64,000 nt of DNA from an uncultured delta proteobacterium (GCA_963753975.1 CAVWEH010000005.1:480001-544000), one strand, 5' to 3'. Positions 49,681-60,442 are shown, counted from the stretch's first letter. Program-made: numbers and translations. The notes: generated by a model not told the origin, from the sequence alone.

Positions 49681-51150
49681 ATGAAAATTATCCTGGCCGG
49701 TTACAATTTAGATTACGACCTCATCCGCGAGCTTAAGGATAAAAGCGCCTTAAAGCAAGACTTGACGCCGGAAACTATTTCGGCGGCCTATGCCCGCATC
49801 AGCCGCAGTCCCAAGCCCGTCAACGAACTGCGGGAAATCGCCCGCGCCGAAGTCGACAAAGCGCGGCAGTCCAATCGCAATATCGTTTTTTCCATGGGGC
49901 ATAGTTCTGTCGCCGAACACGCTGTTTTCAATATCGACATTTTAGGTGTTTCCCGTCTTCTCGTCGAAGAAATCGAAAAATTCCGTCTATGTTCCTTTAC
50001 GGAAAAATCTCAGCGTTATGTTCTTTTTGACAAAGATTTTGTCGTCCCGGAAGAAATCAAACAATCCGGTTTCACTGATCTTTTCATCGGCACCATCAAA
50101 ATGCAAAATGACTATTACCATCAACTCTATGACCAATTAAAGCCTTACATTTTCTTAAAAAACAAGTCTCTGGCGGAAAATCCCACCAATCGTTCGCTTC
50201 TGGAAGGCTGGGCTAAAGAAGATGCCCGCTATGTGATAGCGCTGGCCACTGAAACTCAACTGGGTATGACAATCAATGCCCGCAATTTGGAACTTATGTT
50301 GCGGCGCTTGGCCGCGCTTCCTTTTACCGAAGCGCACGAATACAGCAAAAAATTGCACGCGGCGACTAAAGATATCGCTCCTTCTTTGATTCGTTATATT
50401 CATGCTAGCGATTACGATAGGCTAACCAGACCTAATTTACATAAACAGACTGAAACTTTCTCTGCACGATATAATAAAACAATAACCTCTAAACAATCCG
50501 GCGCCGCGTATTTGACTTTCTTTTCACCATCCGCCGATATAAAAGTCGCCACGTGTTTGCTTTTTTCTTCATCCAATTTAAATTATTCTCAATGTTTAAA
50601 CTGCGCAACCAGCATGTCACAAAAAGACCTTAAACTTTTGCTGAAAACGACTTTCGAATATCTTCAGTCTCATGACGCGGTGCTGAGGGAATTGGAAAAT
50701 GTCGATCTTCAATTTGAGCTTATAGTAAGCGCCAGCTGCTTCGCTCAATTGAAAAGGCACCGTACGGCCACAATAATAGCTCAAGACTATCATCCGCAAT
50801 TAGGCGTAACAATTCCTCCTTCCATTCGGGCAATCGGTGAGCAAAAGAATTTCATGGCAATTATGCGCCATACACAAAACGCTTACGAGCAAATTAAGAA
50901 AAAAGCGCCCCTCGCCGCCGCTTATATTCTCACTAACGCGCACCGCAGACGAGTTTTGATGAAATTCAATGCCCGCGAATTATATCATTTGGCACGCCTA
51001 CGTGCCGATCGACACGCGCAATGGGATATTCATGAATTGACGGAAGAGATGCTCAAGCGAGCAAAAAAAGTTATGCCCCTTACGCTTATGATGGCCTGTG
51101 GCAAAGACAATTTTGCAAAACTCTACGAAAAGACTTTTACGCGCATTTGA
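49681..51150 (+). CDS. thyX: FAD-dependent thymidylate synthase, tandem two-domain form
   Basis: GHSSVAEH, EKSQRY, EDARY, NAR in the first half; QLKRHR, NARELYH, HAQWDI in the second. Confidence 0.88.
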   Translation: MKIILAGYNLDYDLIRELKDKSALKQDLTPETISAAYARISRSPKPVNELREIARAEVDKARQSNRNIVFSMGHSSVAEHAVFNIDILGVSRLLVEEIEKFRLCSFTEKSQRYVLFDKDFVVPEEIKQSGFTDLFIGTIKMQNDYYHQLYDQLKPYIFLKNKSLAENPTNRSLLEGWAKEDARYVIALATETQLGMTINARNLELMLRRLAALPFTEAHEYSKKLHAATKDIAPSLIRYIHASDYDRLTRPNLHKQTETFSARYNKTITSKQSGAAYLTFFSPSADIKVATCLLFSSSNLNYSQCLNCATSMSQKDLKLLLKTTFEYLQSHDAVLRELENVDLQFELIVSASCFAQLKRHRTATIIAQDYHPQLGVTIPPSIRAIGEQKNFMAIMRHTQNAYEQIKKKAPLAAAYILTNAHRRRVLMKFNARELYHLARLRADRHAQWDIHELTEEMLKRAKKVMPLTLMMACGKDNFAKLYEKTFTRI

Positions 51151-51180
51151 AGATATTTTACCCTAACAAAACAAGATCAC

Positions 51181-52626
51181 ATGACAGATAAAAGACATTT
51201 TTATATCCTTCTTGCCACCACTTTAAGTTCGTTTCTGACACCGTTTATGGGATCGGCCGTAAATGTCGCCCTACCCAATATGGCTAAAGACTTATCTATG
51301 ACGGCTCTTTCCTTGAGTTGGGTAGCTACATCTTTCCTCCTGGCTGCGGCGATCACGCTTGTTCCTTTGGGACGATTAGCTGATATTTATGGTCGCAAAA
51401 GAATTTTTCTTTACGGCGCTATAATTTTCACGCTTGCTTCCTTCCTTTGTATATGGTCTCCGACTCAGTCTTTTTTGATTTTTGCCCGCGTTATTCAAGG
51501 CATTGGCGGCGCGATGATTTTCGGCACTGGTACAGCAATGCTGATTTCCGCATACCCTATCGGAGAAAGAGGCAAAATATTAGGAATCAATCTCGCTGGA
51601 GTTTATACCGGGCTGACCATTGGCCCTTTTATCGGCGGCCTCTTGACTGAGCATTTAGGGTGGAGATACATTTTCCTTTTCACGGTCATTTTGGGCATAG
51701 TTATTATTGCCATCGTCGCCGGCCTCATTAAGGAAGAATGGTCGGAAGCCAAAGATGAGCATTTTGATATTACCGGTTCTTTGCTTTACGCGGTTGCTCT
51801 TTTTGCCATCATGTATGGATTTTCTTTACTCCCGGCATGGAGGGCCGGGTTTCTCATAGGGTTAGGTGTATTTTGTCTTTTTTTCTTTATCCGGCAACAA
51901 TTAACAAGGCCTTTCCCTCTGCTCGATATCCGTCTGTTTCTCGATAATAAAGTTTTTGCTTTTTCCAATTTGGCCGCACTCATTAATTACTGCGCGACAT
52001 TCGCGGTGACTTTTTTGCTGAGCCTCTATTTGCAGCATATTAAAATGCTGACACCCTCTCAGACGGGAATCATTCTCGTTGCCGAACCAGTGGTGCAGGC
52101 CTTTTTCTCCCCTTTCGCCGGAAGGCTTTCCGATCGTTTTGAACCGCAGATTATCGCCTCCATCGGTATGGCTTTGAATGTTATCGGCTTGATTCCGCTT
52201 ATTTTTATTCATGCCGATACTGCGACTTCCTATATTATATCTTGTTTAGTCTTGCTGGGAATCGGCTTCGCTCTCTTTTCTTCTCCCAATGTCAACGCCA
52301 CGATGAGTGCTGTCGGCAATAAATTCTTCGGCGTTGCTTCGGCAACACTCGCCACTATGCGGCTTACCGGTCAAATGTTCAGCATGGGCATAACAATGCT
52401 GGTCTTCGCCGTTATTTTAGGAAATAATCCTATTTCACAAGATGGAGGTACGCTTCTTTTAAAAAGTGTTCAGGTCATATTCTTTCTACTGGCTGTCATT
52501 TGTTTCGGCGGAATATTTGCTTCCGCAGCCCGCGGCAAGGTTCATCGATACCGCGGGAGGTCGCGTTATTATAGGGAGCCTCCTGCTCCTTCCGGAGGTG
52601 GCTCCACTGAAAATAAATTTAATTAG
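51181..52626 (+). CDS. MFS transporter (DHA2/EmrB-like)
   Basis: VNVALP, GRLADIYGRKR, GPFIGG, GRLSDRF, many TM helices. Confidence 0.92.
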   Translation: MTDKRHFYILLATTLSSFLTPFMGSAVNVALPNMAKDLSMTALSLSWVATSFLLAAAITLVPLGRLADIYGRKRIFLYGAIIFTLASFLCIWSPTQSFLIFARVIQGIGGAMIFGTGTAMLISAYPIGERGKILGINLAGVYTGLTIGPFIGGLLTEHLGWRYIFLFTVILGIVIIAIVAGLIKEEWSEAKDEHFDITGSLLYAVALFAIMYGFSLLPAWRAGFLIGLGVFCLFFFIRQQLTRPFPLLDIRLFLDNKVFAFSNLAALINYCATFAVTFLLSLYLQHIKMLTPSQTGIILVAEPVVQAFFSPFAGRLSDRFEPQIIASIGMALNVIGLIPLIFIHADTATSYIISCLVLLGIGFALFSSPNVNATMSAVGNKFFGVASATLATMRLTGQMFSMGITMLVFAVILGNNPISQDGGTLLLKSVQVIFFLLAVICFGGIFASAARGKVHRYRGRSRYYREPPAPSGGGSTENKFN

Positions 52627-53365
52627 TTTTGCTATCGGGTTTTCCGCCGGGATATTCGGCGGTCTTGTCGGTCTGGGCGGTGGATTGATTATGATTCCTT
52701 TGATGGTTGGAGTTTTGAAGTTAACCCAGCACAAGGCTCACGGTACTAGTTTGGTGGCGCTGGTTTTTACGGGAATCGGCGGAGCAATAACCTATGCCTT
52801 AAATGGAGCGATTGATATTAGGGCAGCTGTGCTTTTAACTCTAACAGCAGTATTCACCGCACCATTAGGCGCGCGTTATGCACATGCTCTTGCGGAATGG
52901 AAGTTAAAAAAGACTTTTGGAGCATTTTTGATTTTTTGTTCGGTCCTTTTGCTTTTAAAACCATATTTAATAAATTTCATCAGCCCTCTTCCTGATTTCA
53001 CGAAAATAATCGTATTTTTAATAACCGGTGTTTTTACCGGATTTCTTTCGGGAATGATGGGAGTTGGCGGTGGAACGATAATGGTTCCCGTAATGGTTCT
53101 TTTGACCGGGTTTACCCAGCATATAGCGCAAGGAACATCGCTTTTAGTCATGGTTCCCACTGGTGGTATAGGCGCCTTCACCCATTGGAAGCTGGGGAAT
53201 GTTAAAGCAGAAATTCTTTATGGTCTCGTACCGGGTATCCTTCTCGGCACATATTTAGGAGGGAATCTGGCCAATATAATCTCCGACAATACGTTGCGTC
53301 TGATGTTCGCTGTAATAATAATTTTCCTGGGTTTCCGATATTTTACAACTTCATCTCCAGAGTAA
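52598..53365 (+). CDS. TauE/SafE (TSUP) family transporter; start uncertain (GTG 52598 or CTG 52607)
   Basis: GLVGLGGG...AHGTSL and GMMGVGGG...AQGTSL repeats. Confidence 0.88.
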   Translation: MAPLKINLISFAIGFSAGIFGGLVGLGGGLIMIPLMVGVLKLTQHKAHGTSLVALVFTGIGGAITYALNGAIDIRAAVLLTLTAVFTAPLGARYAHALAEWKLKKTFGAFLIFCSVLLLLKPYLINFISPLPDFTKIIVFLITGVFTGFLSGMMGVGGGTIMVPVMVLLTGFTQHIAQGTSLLVMVPTGGIGAFTHWKLGNVKAEILYGLVPGILLGTYLGGNLANIISDNTLRLMFAVIIIFLGFRYFTTSSPE

Positions 53366-53384
53366 AGGATGTAAAGATAAAACC

Positions 53385-53885
53385 ATGATTCGTAAATGTG
53401 ATCAAAAAGATTTTGAAGAAATACTGGAAATCATCACCGATGCAGCACAAGCTTACAAAGGAGTAATTCCGGCTGATCGGTGGCATGAACCATACATGTC
53501 TCGCCGGCAACTGCAAAAGGAAATTCATGCGGGTGTCAGCTTCTGGGCATTGGAAGAAAAAGATAGATTGATCGGCGTGATGGGAATTCAGGATAAAGGG
53601 GAAGTTACCCTTATCCGTCATGCCTACGTTCGATCACATCTGCGAAATCACGGAGCAGGTTCCCGACTTCTGCGGTTTCTCGAATCGATCACAGAAAAGC
53701 CGATTCTGATCGGTACATGGGCAGATGCAATTTGGGCACTGTCTTTTTACCAGAAGAACGGCTACCGGCTCGTTTCAATAGACGAAAAAAACCGTTTGCT
53801 TAAAAAGTATTGGAGCATCCCCGGACGCCAGATCGAAACTTCCGTAGTTCTGGCCGGAACAAAATGGAAAAAACAAAATGTTTAA
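53385..53885 (+). CDS. GNAT family N-acetyltransferase
   Basis: LIRHAYVR, RNHGAGSRLL, FYQKNGY. Confidence 0.85.
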   Translation: MIRKCDQKDFEEILEIITDAAQAYKGVIPADRWHEPYMSRRQLQKEIHAGVSFWALEEKDRLIGVMGIQDKGEVTLIRHAYVRSHLRNHGAGSRLLRFLESITEKPILIGTWADAIWALSFYQKNGYRLVSIDEKNRLLKKYWSIPGRQIETSVVLAGTKWKKQNV

Positions 53886-53996
53886 TTTCAATAGATTGAC
53901 TAAGCATTTATTTCCGCCCGAACGATTTTCTATGGCATTCTTTACCCTGAGCCCCCGGAATGCCTGACTCTGCGGTCATAAGCTAAAAGAAAAAAA

Positions 53997-54025
53997 TTGA
54001 CACGCATGTCTCTTCTTCATATACT
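53997..54025 (+). promoter_or_regulatory. Putative sigma-70 promoter
   Basis: TTGACA-17 bp-TATACT. Confidence 0.65.
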
Positions 54026-54108
54026 CCGTCTACTTTAAAAAGTTGGTCTCTTAAAATATCAAAACCGCTACTTAAAAAAGCAATAATTATTAATTCAGGA
54101 GGATAAAC

Positions 54109-55332
54109 ATGTTAAAAACCAGACTAACTCAGCTACTCGGAATCAAGCATCCGATTATTCAGGCCGGCATGGGCCCTTTCAGCAATAACAACCTTTGCGT
54201 GGCGGCGGCCAATGCCGGAGTTTTGGGGCTGCTTTCCACCAGCGGTCTTTTCAATAAACATGACCAGCCCTGGGTTTACAACGCCTTTTGCGATACCGGC
54301 GAGGCAAATCGTGATGACGATATGGCCAAGGTATTGGAAACGGTGCTGAAGCGCACCCACCGTCTTGTCAAAGACAAAGGCGGCGTTTTCGGCCCCAATG
54401 TGATGGTCTCCGCGGAACTCAAAGACAAAGCAAACATCATGATTGAAACCGCCATCAAAGCGCGGGAGCAAAATCCCGAAATGAAAAAAACCCTTAAAGT
54501 TATGTATACCTCCGCCGGTGACCCGATGGGCTGGGGAGACAAAATTAAGGGGGCAGGATTTATTTGGATTCATATCATCCCTTCCGTCCGAGCCGCTATG
54601 CGCTGCAAAAAAGCGGGTGTTGACGTGATTGTCGCCTCCGGCCATGAAGGGGGATTCCATACGCACTGGGAACCGCTGCATTCCATGGTGCTGTTTCCCG
54701 CCGTGGTCGAAGCCGTATCCGATGAAAAAACACTTGTGGTTGGTGGCGGAGGAATCTCCGACGGCAAAACGGTGGCCGCCACTCTGGCTTTAGGCTGCGA
54801 TGGCGTGCTAATGGGAACCCGCTTCCTTGCAACGCAGGAAAGCGATTTTCCTCCGCTCTGGAAGCAATCAGTTGTGGACGCCCAGGACCGTGGCACCCTG
54901 GTAGCCCGTGGTTATGTGGGCCCGGCGCGCTGGTTGAGAAATCCCCGCAGTGAAGAACACGCGGCAAACACTCTGAAAAAGTCGCCCGGAGTGTTCCTCG
55001 GCACACCGGACAGCTATACGACCATGGAAGATACGTCGCTGATTGATTATGAAAACGAGTCCATCAAGGCTGTCTTCGAGGGGGACAAGGCAAAGGCCAT
55101 GATGGCCGCCGGCGAGTGCGCGCAGAGAATTAATGATATGCCCACGGTCAAAGAATTGGTAGACCGGATCGTTAAAGACGCGACCGAGATCGCGAAAAAT
55201 ATGTGCAAAAACGTGCCGGCTGAGAAATCAAAGGGCAAGGTCACTGCCAAAGTCAAGAAGGCGAAACCAAAAAAGGCAAAGGCCAAGAAAACTGCATCCA
55301 AAAAGACGAAGTCGCGATCCAAAAAACGCTAA
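54109..55332 (+). CDS. Nitronate monooxygenase/FabK-like FMN oxidoreductase with a Lys-rich C-terminal tail
   Basis: LLGIKHPIIQAGM, GHEGGFH, GGGISDG, VLMGTRF. Confidence 0.88.
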   Translation: MLKTRLTQLLGIKHPIIQAGMGPFSNNNLCVAAANAGVLGLLSTSGLFNKHDQPWVYNAFCDTGEANRDDDMAKVLETVLKRTHRLVKDKGGVFGPNVMVSAELKDKANIMIETAIKAREQNPEMKKTLKVMYTSAGDPMGWGDKIKGAGFIWIHIIPSVRAAMRCKKAGVDVIVASGHEGGFHTHWEPLHSMVLFPAVVEAVSDEKTLVVGGGGISDGKTVAATLALGCDGVLMGTRFLATQESDFPPLWKQSVVDAQDRGTLVARGYVGPARWLRNPRSEEHAANTLKKSPGVFLGTPDSYTTMEDTSLIDYENESIKAVFEGDKAKAMMAAGECAQRINDMPTVKELVDRIVKDATEIAKNMCKNVPAEKSKGKVTAKVKKAKPKKAKAKKTASKKTKSRSKKR

Positions 55333-55399
55333 CAAGGCTCTGCCGCCGACGTAGTTGCAAGAAAAGATAGCGATCTTTCCGCAATAAGATCGAGGATAT

Positions 55400-55864
55400 G
55401 TGGCGCAAATTTACCGCTATGAATTGACGGTGCCTCAGGAGGCCCTGGATCAAAATGGTCACGTAAATAATGTCGAGTATTTGCGTTGGATACTCGATGC
55501 AGCAGTGGCTCACTCTGACTTTCAGGGATGCACTCAGGCTACACAGGAGGCCGGTGCTACCTGGGTTGTGCGAGCGCATCGGATCGAGTATTTAATTCCA
55601 GCCTATGCCGGAGAGCATGTCTGTGTTTTGACATGGGTTTCCAATTTTCGCCGGGTGCAATCTCTACGAAAATACAAGGTTATTCGACTTGAAGATAATG
55701 CTCTGCTTGCCGAAGGCGAAACTGACTGGGTTTTCATAAATGCCGCGAGCGGTCAATTGCGTTCCATTCCTAAAAATATAATGGCGACATTTGAATTATT
55801 ACCGGAAGATAAAGAAAAAGAAGTGCTTGCTCAAATTCATAAAGCAAGCAACCGTAGAAAATAA
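55400..55864 (+). CDS. Acyl-CoA thioesterase (hotdog fold)
   Basis: DQNGHVNNVEY, WVVRAHRIEY. Confidence 0.88.
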   Translation: MAQIYRYELTVPQEALDQNGHVNNVEYLRWILDAAVAHSDFQGCTQATQEAGATWVVRAHRIEYLIPAYAGEHVCVLTWVSNFRRVQSLRKYKVIRLEDNALLAEGETDWVFINAASGQLRSIPKNIMATFELLPEDKEKEVLAQIHKASNRRK

Positions 55865-55924
55865 TTATGTAAAAAGTGTTTTTTTTATTTTCACAAATAA
55901 TATATTTAAAAATAAAATAAACTG

Positions 55925-55953
55925 TTGAATTTGAGGGAAAATCGTCCTATACT
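55925..55953 (+). promoter_or_regulatory. Putative sigma-70 promoter of the acyl-CoA dehydrogenase gene
   Basis: TTGAAT-17 bp-TATACT, followed by the short palindrome TGACAGTCA. Confidence 0.45.
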
Positions 55954-56027
55954 GACAGTCATAATTTAAAGGTTTTATCTAAATTTATAAAAGTAAAAAA
56001 TCAAGCCACATTTATTAAGGAGGATTT

Positions 56028-57902
56028 ATGTCGTTAAACTCATTAGTTGACTCAAGAGATGTGAGATTTGTTCTTTTTGAAATGCTGGAACTGGAGAAAT
56101 TGAACCGCTTCGAAGGATTCAAGGAATTTGACAGGAGCATGTATGAAGATACGCTGGAACTGGCCGAAAAAATAGCTATCGATCAATTTTATTCATCCAA
56201 CGCCGACGGCGACAAGACAGGATTGAAATTCGATGCCAAGACTCATGAAGTGAAGGTACCCGAATCGTTCCATAAAGGATTCAAGGCATACGTAGAGGCG
56301 GGGTTCCACAGCCTTGTCTTTTCGCAGGAAGAAGGCGGGATGGGCATGCCTTCCAGCATCTCTATGGCTGCCGCAGAATATTTTAATGCGGGCAATACAT
56401 CGTTGACCATGTATTGCGGCGCGATCACCGGAGCGGTAGCCATCATTGCGCCTTTCGCCTCCGAAGAAGTGAAAAAAATGTACCTTCCCAAATTGATATC
56501 CGGGGAGTGGGGTGGTACGATGTGCCTGACCGAATCGGGTGCAGGTTCGGACGTCGGAGCTCTTAAATCAAAAGCGGTGAAGCAAAAAGACGGCACGTAC
56601 CTCATTACCGGGCAGAAAATATTCATCAGCAACGGCGAACATGATTTAACCCCCAATATTATCCATCCCGTACTGGCTAGAATCGAGGGCGATCCCGAAG
56701 GAACAAAGGGTATTTCTATTTTCCTGGTGTCGAAATATCTCATTAACAAAGATGGATCACTCGGCGCACGAAATGATGTGTATTGTACAGGCGTCGAGCA
56801 TAAAATGGGGCTGAAAGGAAACGCCACATCATCGCTCAGTTTCGGTGATAACGGAAAATGCGTGGGCCATTTGCTGGGAAAAGAACGTGAAGGCATGAAG
56901 ATCATGTTTAGGCTCATGAATGCGGCACGCATTCATACAGGTGTTCAGGCTATGGGACAAGCCAGCGCCGGATACATGCACGCCTGCACTTATGCCCGAA
57001 ACCGCATTCAGAGTAAGCATATCACACAGATGCTTAATGACAAAGCTTCCGGCGTGCCGATCATCGAACATCCCGATGTGAAGAGGATGCTCATGTACAT
57101 GAAGAGTACAGTAGAGGGAATGCGGATGCTCTGTTTATTTCTCGCCTATCATGAAGACATTATGCATTCGTCCAAAGACCCGGCAGAATGCAAAGCAGCT
57201 ACGGGTATCGTCGAAATTCTAACCCCTATCGTTAAGGCCGGTATTTCCGACACCTCCTGGCTGATTACAGCCGAAGCGATGCAGGTTTACGGCGGATATG
57301 GTTACTGCTCGGAATATCCGGTCGAACAGTATGCCCGCGATACCAAGGTATTCTCTATTTATGAAGGAACCAATGCCATTCAGTCTCTTGATCTCCAGAT
57401 GCGTAAGATCCTCATGAATCCGGAGATGTATAATTACTCGCAGCTCAGAAAACGCATGAACGATGCGATTGCGAAGGCCAAGGGAGTGGTGGAAGATAAG
57501 TATATTACCCCGGTTGTTCGCGGACTGGCGAAACTCGACGAAGTCATTGAGATGATGAAAAAGCAGATGGGGGAAGGAAAGTTCATGGCGCTGGTGCTTA
57601 ACGCCACACCGCTGCAGCAGGCGATGTTCCCGCTGATCGTGGCCTGGTTGCATCTCTGGAGCCTGACGGTTACCATCCCCAAAATGAAAAAACTCATTGG
57701 CGAGGCAAAGGGCGAGGAAAGACAAAAAATAATTTCCGGAAATAACGAAGCGGCCTATTACAGCGGCCGGGTGCTGTCTTCCCAGTTCTTTATCGGGGCG
57801 GAATTCCCGAAGTATTTCGGGATGATCGAATGTATTATGAATAATGAGGGCGCCGCGATTAAATCCGTTGCGGAGAACTTTACCGGAATGCCGAAAGAAT
57901 AA
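56028..57902 (+). CDS. Acyl-CoA dehydrogenase (long, ~620 aa type)
   Basis: GTMCLTESGAGSD, GQKIFIS, EHKMG, QVYGGYGY, IYEGTN. Confidence 0.95.
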   Translation: MSLNSLVDSRDVRFVLFEMLELEKLNRFEGFKEFDRSMYEDTLELAEKIAIDQFYSSNADGDKTGLKFDAKTHEVKVPESFHKGFKAYVEAGFHSLVFSQEEGGMGMPSSISMAAAEYFNAGNTSLTMYCGAITGAVAIIAPFASEEVKKMYLPKLISGEWGGTMCLTESGAGSDVGALKSKAVKQKDGTYLITGQKIFISNGEHDLTPNIIHPVLARIEGDPEGTKGISIFLVSKYLINKDGSLGARNDVYCTGVEHKMGLKGNATSSLSFGDNGKCVGHLLGKEREGMKIMFRLMNAARIHTGVQAMGQASAGYMHACTYARNRIQSKHITQMLNDKASGVPIIEHPDVKRMLMYMKSTVEGMRMLCLFLAYHEDIMHSSKDPAECKAATGIVEILTPIVKAGISDTSWLITAEAMQVYGGYGYCSEYPVEQYARDTKVFSIYEGTNAIQSLDLQMRKILMNPEMYNYSQLRKRMNDAIAKAKGVVEDKYITPVVRGLAKLDEVIEMMKKQMGEGKFMALVLNATPLQQAMFPLIVAWLHLWSLTVTIPKMKKLIGEAKGEERQKIISGNNEAAYYSGRVLSSQFFIGAEFPKYFGMIECIMNNEGAAIKSVAENFTGMPKE

Positions 57903-57922
57903 GCAACATTATCTATCAGCTC

Positions 57923-57965
57923 AAAAGGGGGCTGGCTTGTTTTGAGCCAGCCCCCTTTCTTTTTT
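57923..57965 (+). terminator. Intrinsic terminator
   Basis: AAAGGGGGCTGGCT...AGCCAGCCCCCTTT followed by a T-rich tract. Confidence 0.9.
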
Positions 57966-58140
57966 CAAGAATTATTTGTTTATCATATCCAATATGGTCG
58001 TTGGCGGGCGGCTTCTTCTGCTTTACAAATTATGCCAAAAGAGCTACTAAATGGCCAAACCTATATATTAAATAGCGCGCAATATATTTGGCAGTCCTTT
58101 TTACATAAACGAGACAATAATTATTTAGAAAGGATTAGAT

Positions 58141-58566
58141 ATGGATAAAATCTATTATCGCCATCTAAAAAAATATAAGTACCAATCAATGCGTGAATAC
58201 AAATACCAGACTACCATCCATCTGAATCTCGATGTCAAAATCCAGGGTTTCATCTCTTTATCCTCTGCAGGCCTTTTGACCATCGCCAAGGGCTACGCCT
58301 GGGACGGTCCCAGCGGCCCCACAATCGACACAAAAACATTCATGAGAGGAAGTTTGGTGCACGATGCCTTATACCAGCTTATGCGGATGAAACTTCTTCC
58401 GATAACTTTCAAAGATTATGCCGATAGAACATTGCAGCAAATATGCAAAGAAGACGGCATGTGCGGATTCAGAGCCTGGTACATTTACTGGGGTGTAAGA
58501 CTTTTTGCCAGATCCGCCGCCACCAAACCGCAGGAGGGCGATACACAAATTATCGAAGCGCCTTAA
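58141..58566 (+). CDS. DUF1353-like hypothetical protein
   Basis: GYAWDGPS, SLVHDALY, YWGVRLF. Confidence 0.7.
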   Translation: MDKIYYRHLKKYKYQSMREYKYQTTIHLNLDVKIQGFISLSSAGLLTIAKGYAWDGPSGPTIDTKTFMRGSLVHDALYQLMRMKLLPITFKDYADRTLQQICKEDGMCGFRAWYIYWGVRLFARSAATKPQEGDTQIIEAP

Positions 58567-58608
58567 ACGCTCATGCTAAGGAAACACTCCCTCAATTTAT
58601 ATAATCGA

Positions 58609-59610
58609 TTATTCTCTGATGCGCTTTTTCAGTTCTTTGATTAGTGTATTGAGGACGTCGCTGGCGTCGGCAACGATGGCGACATCGGCCATTTTCATCA
58701 TTGTCGCCTGAGGGTTTTTATTGATCGCGACAATAAAATCGGCTTCGCCCAGGCCTGCCGTATGCTGAATGGCGCCGCTGATACCAAAGGAAAAAAGTAT
58801 CTTCGGTTTGATGTGTTTGCCTGCCTGTCCCACCAGTTGCCCGTGGTCGGCCCAGCCGGCATAAACTACGGGCCTTGTGGCGCCGACACCGCCTTCCAAA
58901 AGCCTGGCCAGTTCATGAAGCCTATTAAAATTATTTTTATTACCCATGCCCCTGCCTCCGCAAACGATGACGGCGGCGCTTTCTATGGAGTGCTCTCTTT
59001 CTGCAGACCGCGCATACTCCACCAGACGAACACGCGGTTCGGGCAGATTATCCGGCAAAGGCAAACGCTCGACCAATGCCTTTCGTTCATAGTTGTGAGG
59101 TATTTCCTTGAAAGTTCCGGGACGCACAGTGGCCATCTGGGGACGATGTCGTTCAGTAATGATTTCCGCCAGCATGTTGCCGCCGAAAGAAGGCGCTATT
59201 TGCAGTAATAATCCTTCATCCGTGATATCCAGTCCCACACAATCCGCGGATAATCCTGTTTTCAGACGCTTGGCCAGTCTTGGTGCAAATTCGCGGCCAA
59301 AATCCGTGGCGCCGATCAGGATAATCTCCGGGTCTCTTTCCTTGGCCAACTTTTCGATGATCGCCAAATATCTTTCCGTGCTGTAACTCTTCAAGAGAGG
59401 ATGATCTATTGCCAGAATTCTATCCGCTCCATGCGCCGTGTATTCCATGATATATTCTTCTATCTCATGACCAAAGACCAAAGCACAAACCTCCGCTTTG
59501 ATTGTGTGGGCAAGATCCATCGCTTTGGAAATCAACTGCAAAGTTACACGGTTTTGATAATAGTTGCGGTAATCGCCGAAAACCCAGATGCTTTTTTTCT
59601 TACTCTTCAT
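58609..59610 (-). CDS. etfA: Electron transfer flavoprotein alpha subunit
   Basis: TGLSADC, PQMATVRPG, GGRG, VGQAG, GISGAIQH, AINK. Confidence 0.93.
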   Translation of the reverse strand: MKSKKKSIWVFGDYRNYYQNRVTLQLISKAMDLAHTIKAEVCALVFGHEIEEYIMEYTAHGADRILAIDHPLLKSYSTERYLAIIEKLAKERDPEIILIGATDFGREFAPRLAKRLKTGLSADCVGLDITDEGLLLQIAPSFGGNMLAEIITERHRPQMATVRPGTFKEIPHNYERKALVERLPLPDNLPEPRVRLVEYARSAEREHSIESAAVIVCGGRGMGNKNNFNRLHELARLLEGGVGATRPVVYAGWADHGQLVGQAGKHIKPKILFSFGISGAIQHTAGLGEADFIVAINKNPQATMMKMADVAIVADASDVLNTLIKELKKRIRE

Positions 59611-60436
59611 TAGTATGTTTATTGTCCTCTATGGATTTACCTATAGCCGTACCGATTTTTCTTTGATATTTATTGAGAAATTCCGTAACTACGGTGGCCG
59701 CCGTTCCTTGCAAAAGCACGTTTTCTTTCTCGGCCTTCCTTAAGAAAACTTTGCGCACCTTGGTGCGGGAACCCTGCTTTTCCATTACTGAAGCGTTTAT
59801 GCCAAGACTTCCGGCATCAAGAATAATAATGCTATTTTCGTTAAACGAATTTTCCAACCCCACAAGCTTCGTGTAGCGTGGTTCGTAATTTTCCATAGAG
59901 ACGGTTACCAGCGCCGGAAACTCCATTTCCAACGTTTCACGGAAATTATCTACCAGCCTGCGGACGCACAACGTCCGGCCGTTAATTTCCAGTTTCTCGA
60001 TATACGCCGCGGCGGGTAAATCCAATTTTTCGGCTAACTGCGGGCCGACCTGTGCCGTCTCACTGTCCGAGGTATAAGCACCGCAAAGAAGAAGATCAAA
60101 TTTCGGACACTCCTTTTTTATTGCTTCAGCCAAAATCCAAGAAGTAGCAAAAGTGTCGGAGCCTGCTAAAAGCCTATCGCAAATAAGGATAGCACGATCC
60201 GCGCCCAAGGCTAGCGCTTCGCGCAGAACTTCCTGCGCAGCCGAAGGCCCCATGGTTATCACAGTAATATTCGCCGAATATTTTTCCTTTATTTGCAATG
60301 CGGCTTCCAAGGCGTGCTTGCAGGCCGGGTTCATCATACCGGCTGCCAGATCGCGCCGCAACGTGCCGGTTTTTTCATCCCACGGCAGTTCCGTCACCAT
60401 AGGAACTTGTTTTAGGCAAACTACCAGATTCAACAT
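59600..60436 (-). CDS. etfB: Electron transfer flavoprotein beta subunit
   Basis: VCLKQVP, TMGP, AGSDTFATS, DSETAQVGP, EPRY. Confidence 0.93.
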   Translation of the reverse strand: MLNLVVCLKQVPMVTELPWDEKTGTLRRDLAAGMMNPACKHALEAALQIKEKYSANITVITMGPSAAQEVLREALALGADRAILICDRLLAGSDTFATSWILAEAIKKECPKFDLLLCGAYTSDSETAQVGPQLAEKLDLPAAAYIEKLEINGRTLCVRRLVDNFRETLEMEFPALVTVSMENYEPRYTKLVGLENSFNENSIIILDAGSLGINASVMEKQGSRTKVRKVFLRKAEKENVLLQGTAATVVTEFLNKYQRKIGTAIGKSIEDNKHTNEE

Positions 60437-60442
60437 ATTTCC

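Noticed and set aside
52540..52626. MFS/TSUP overlap and possible CTG start
   Set aside because: The start cannot be fixed from sequence alone; a short overlap is unremarkable
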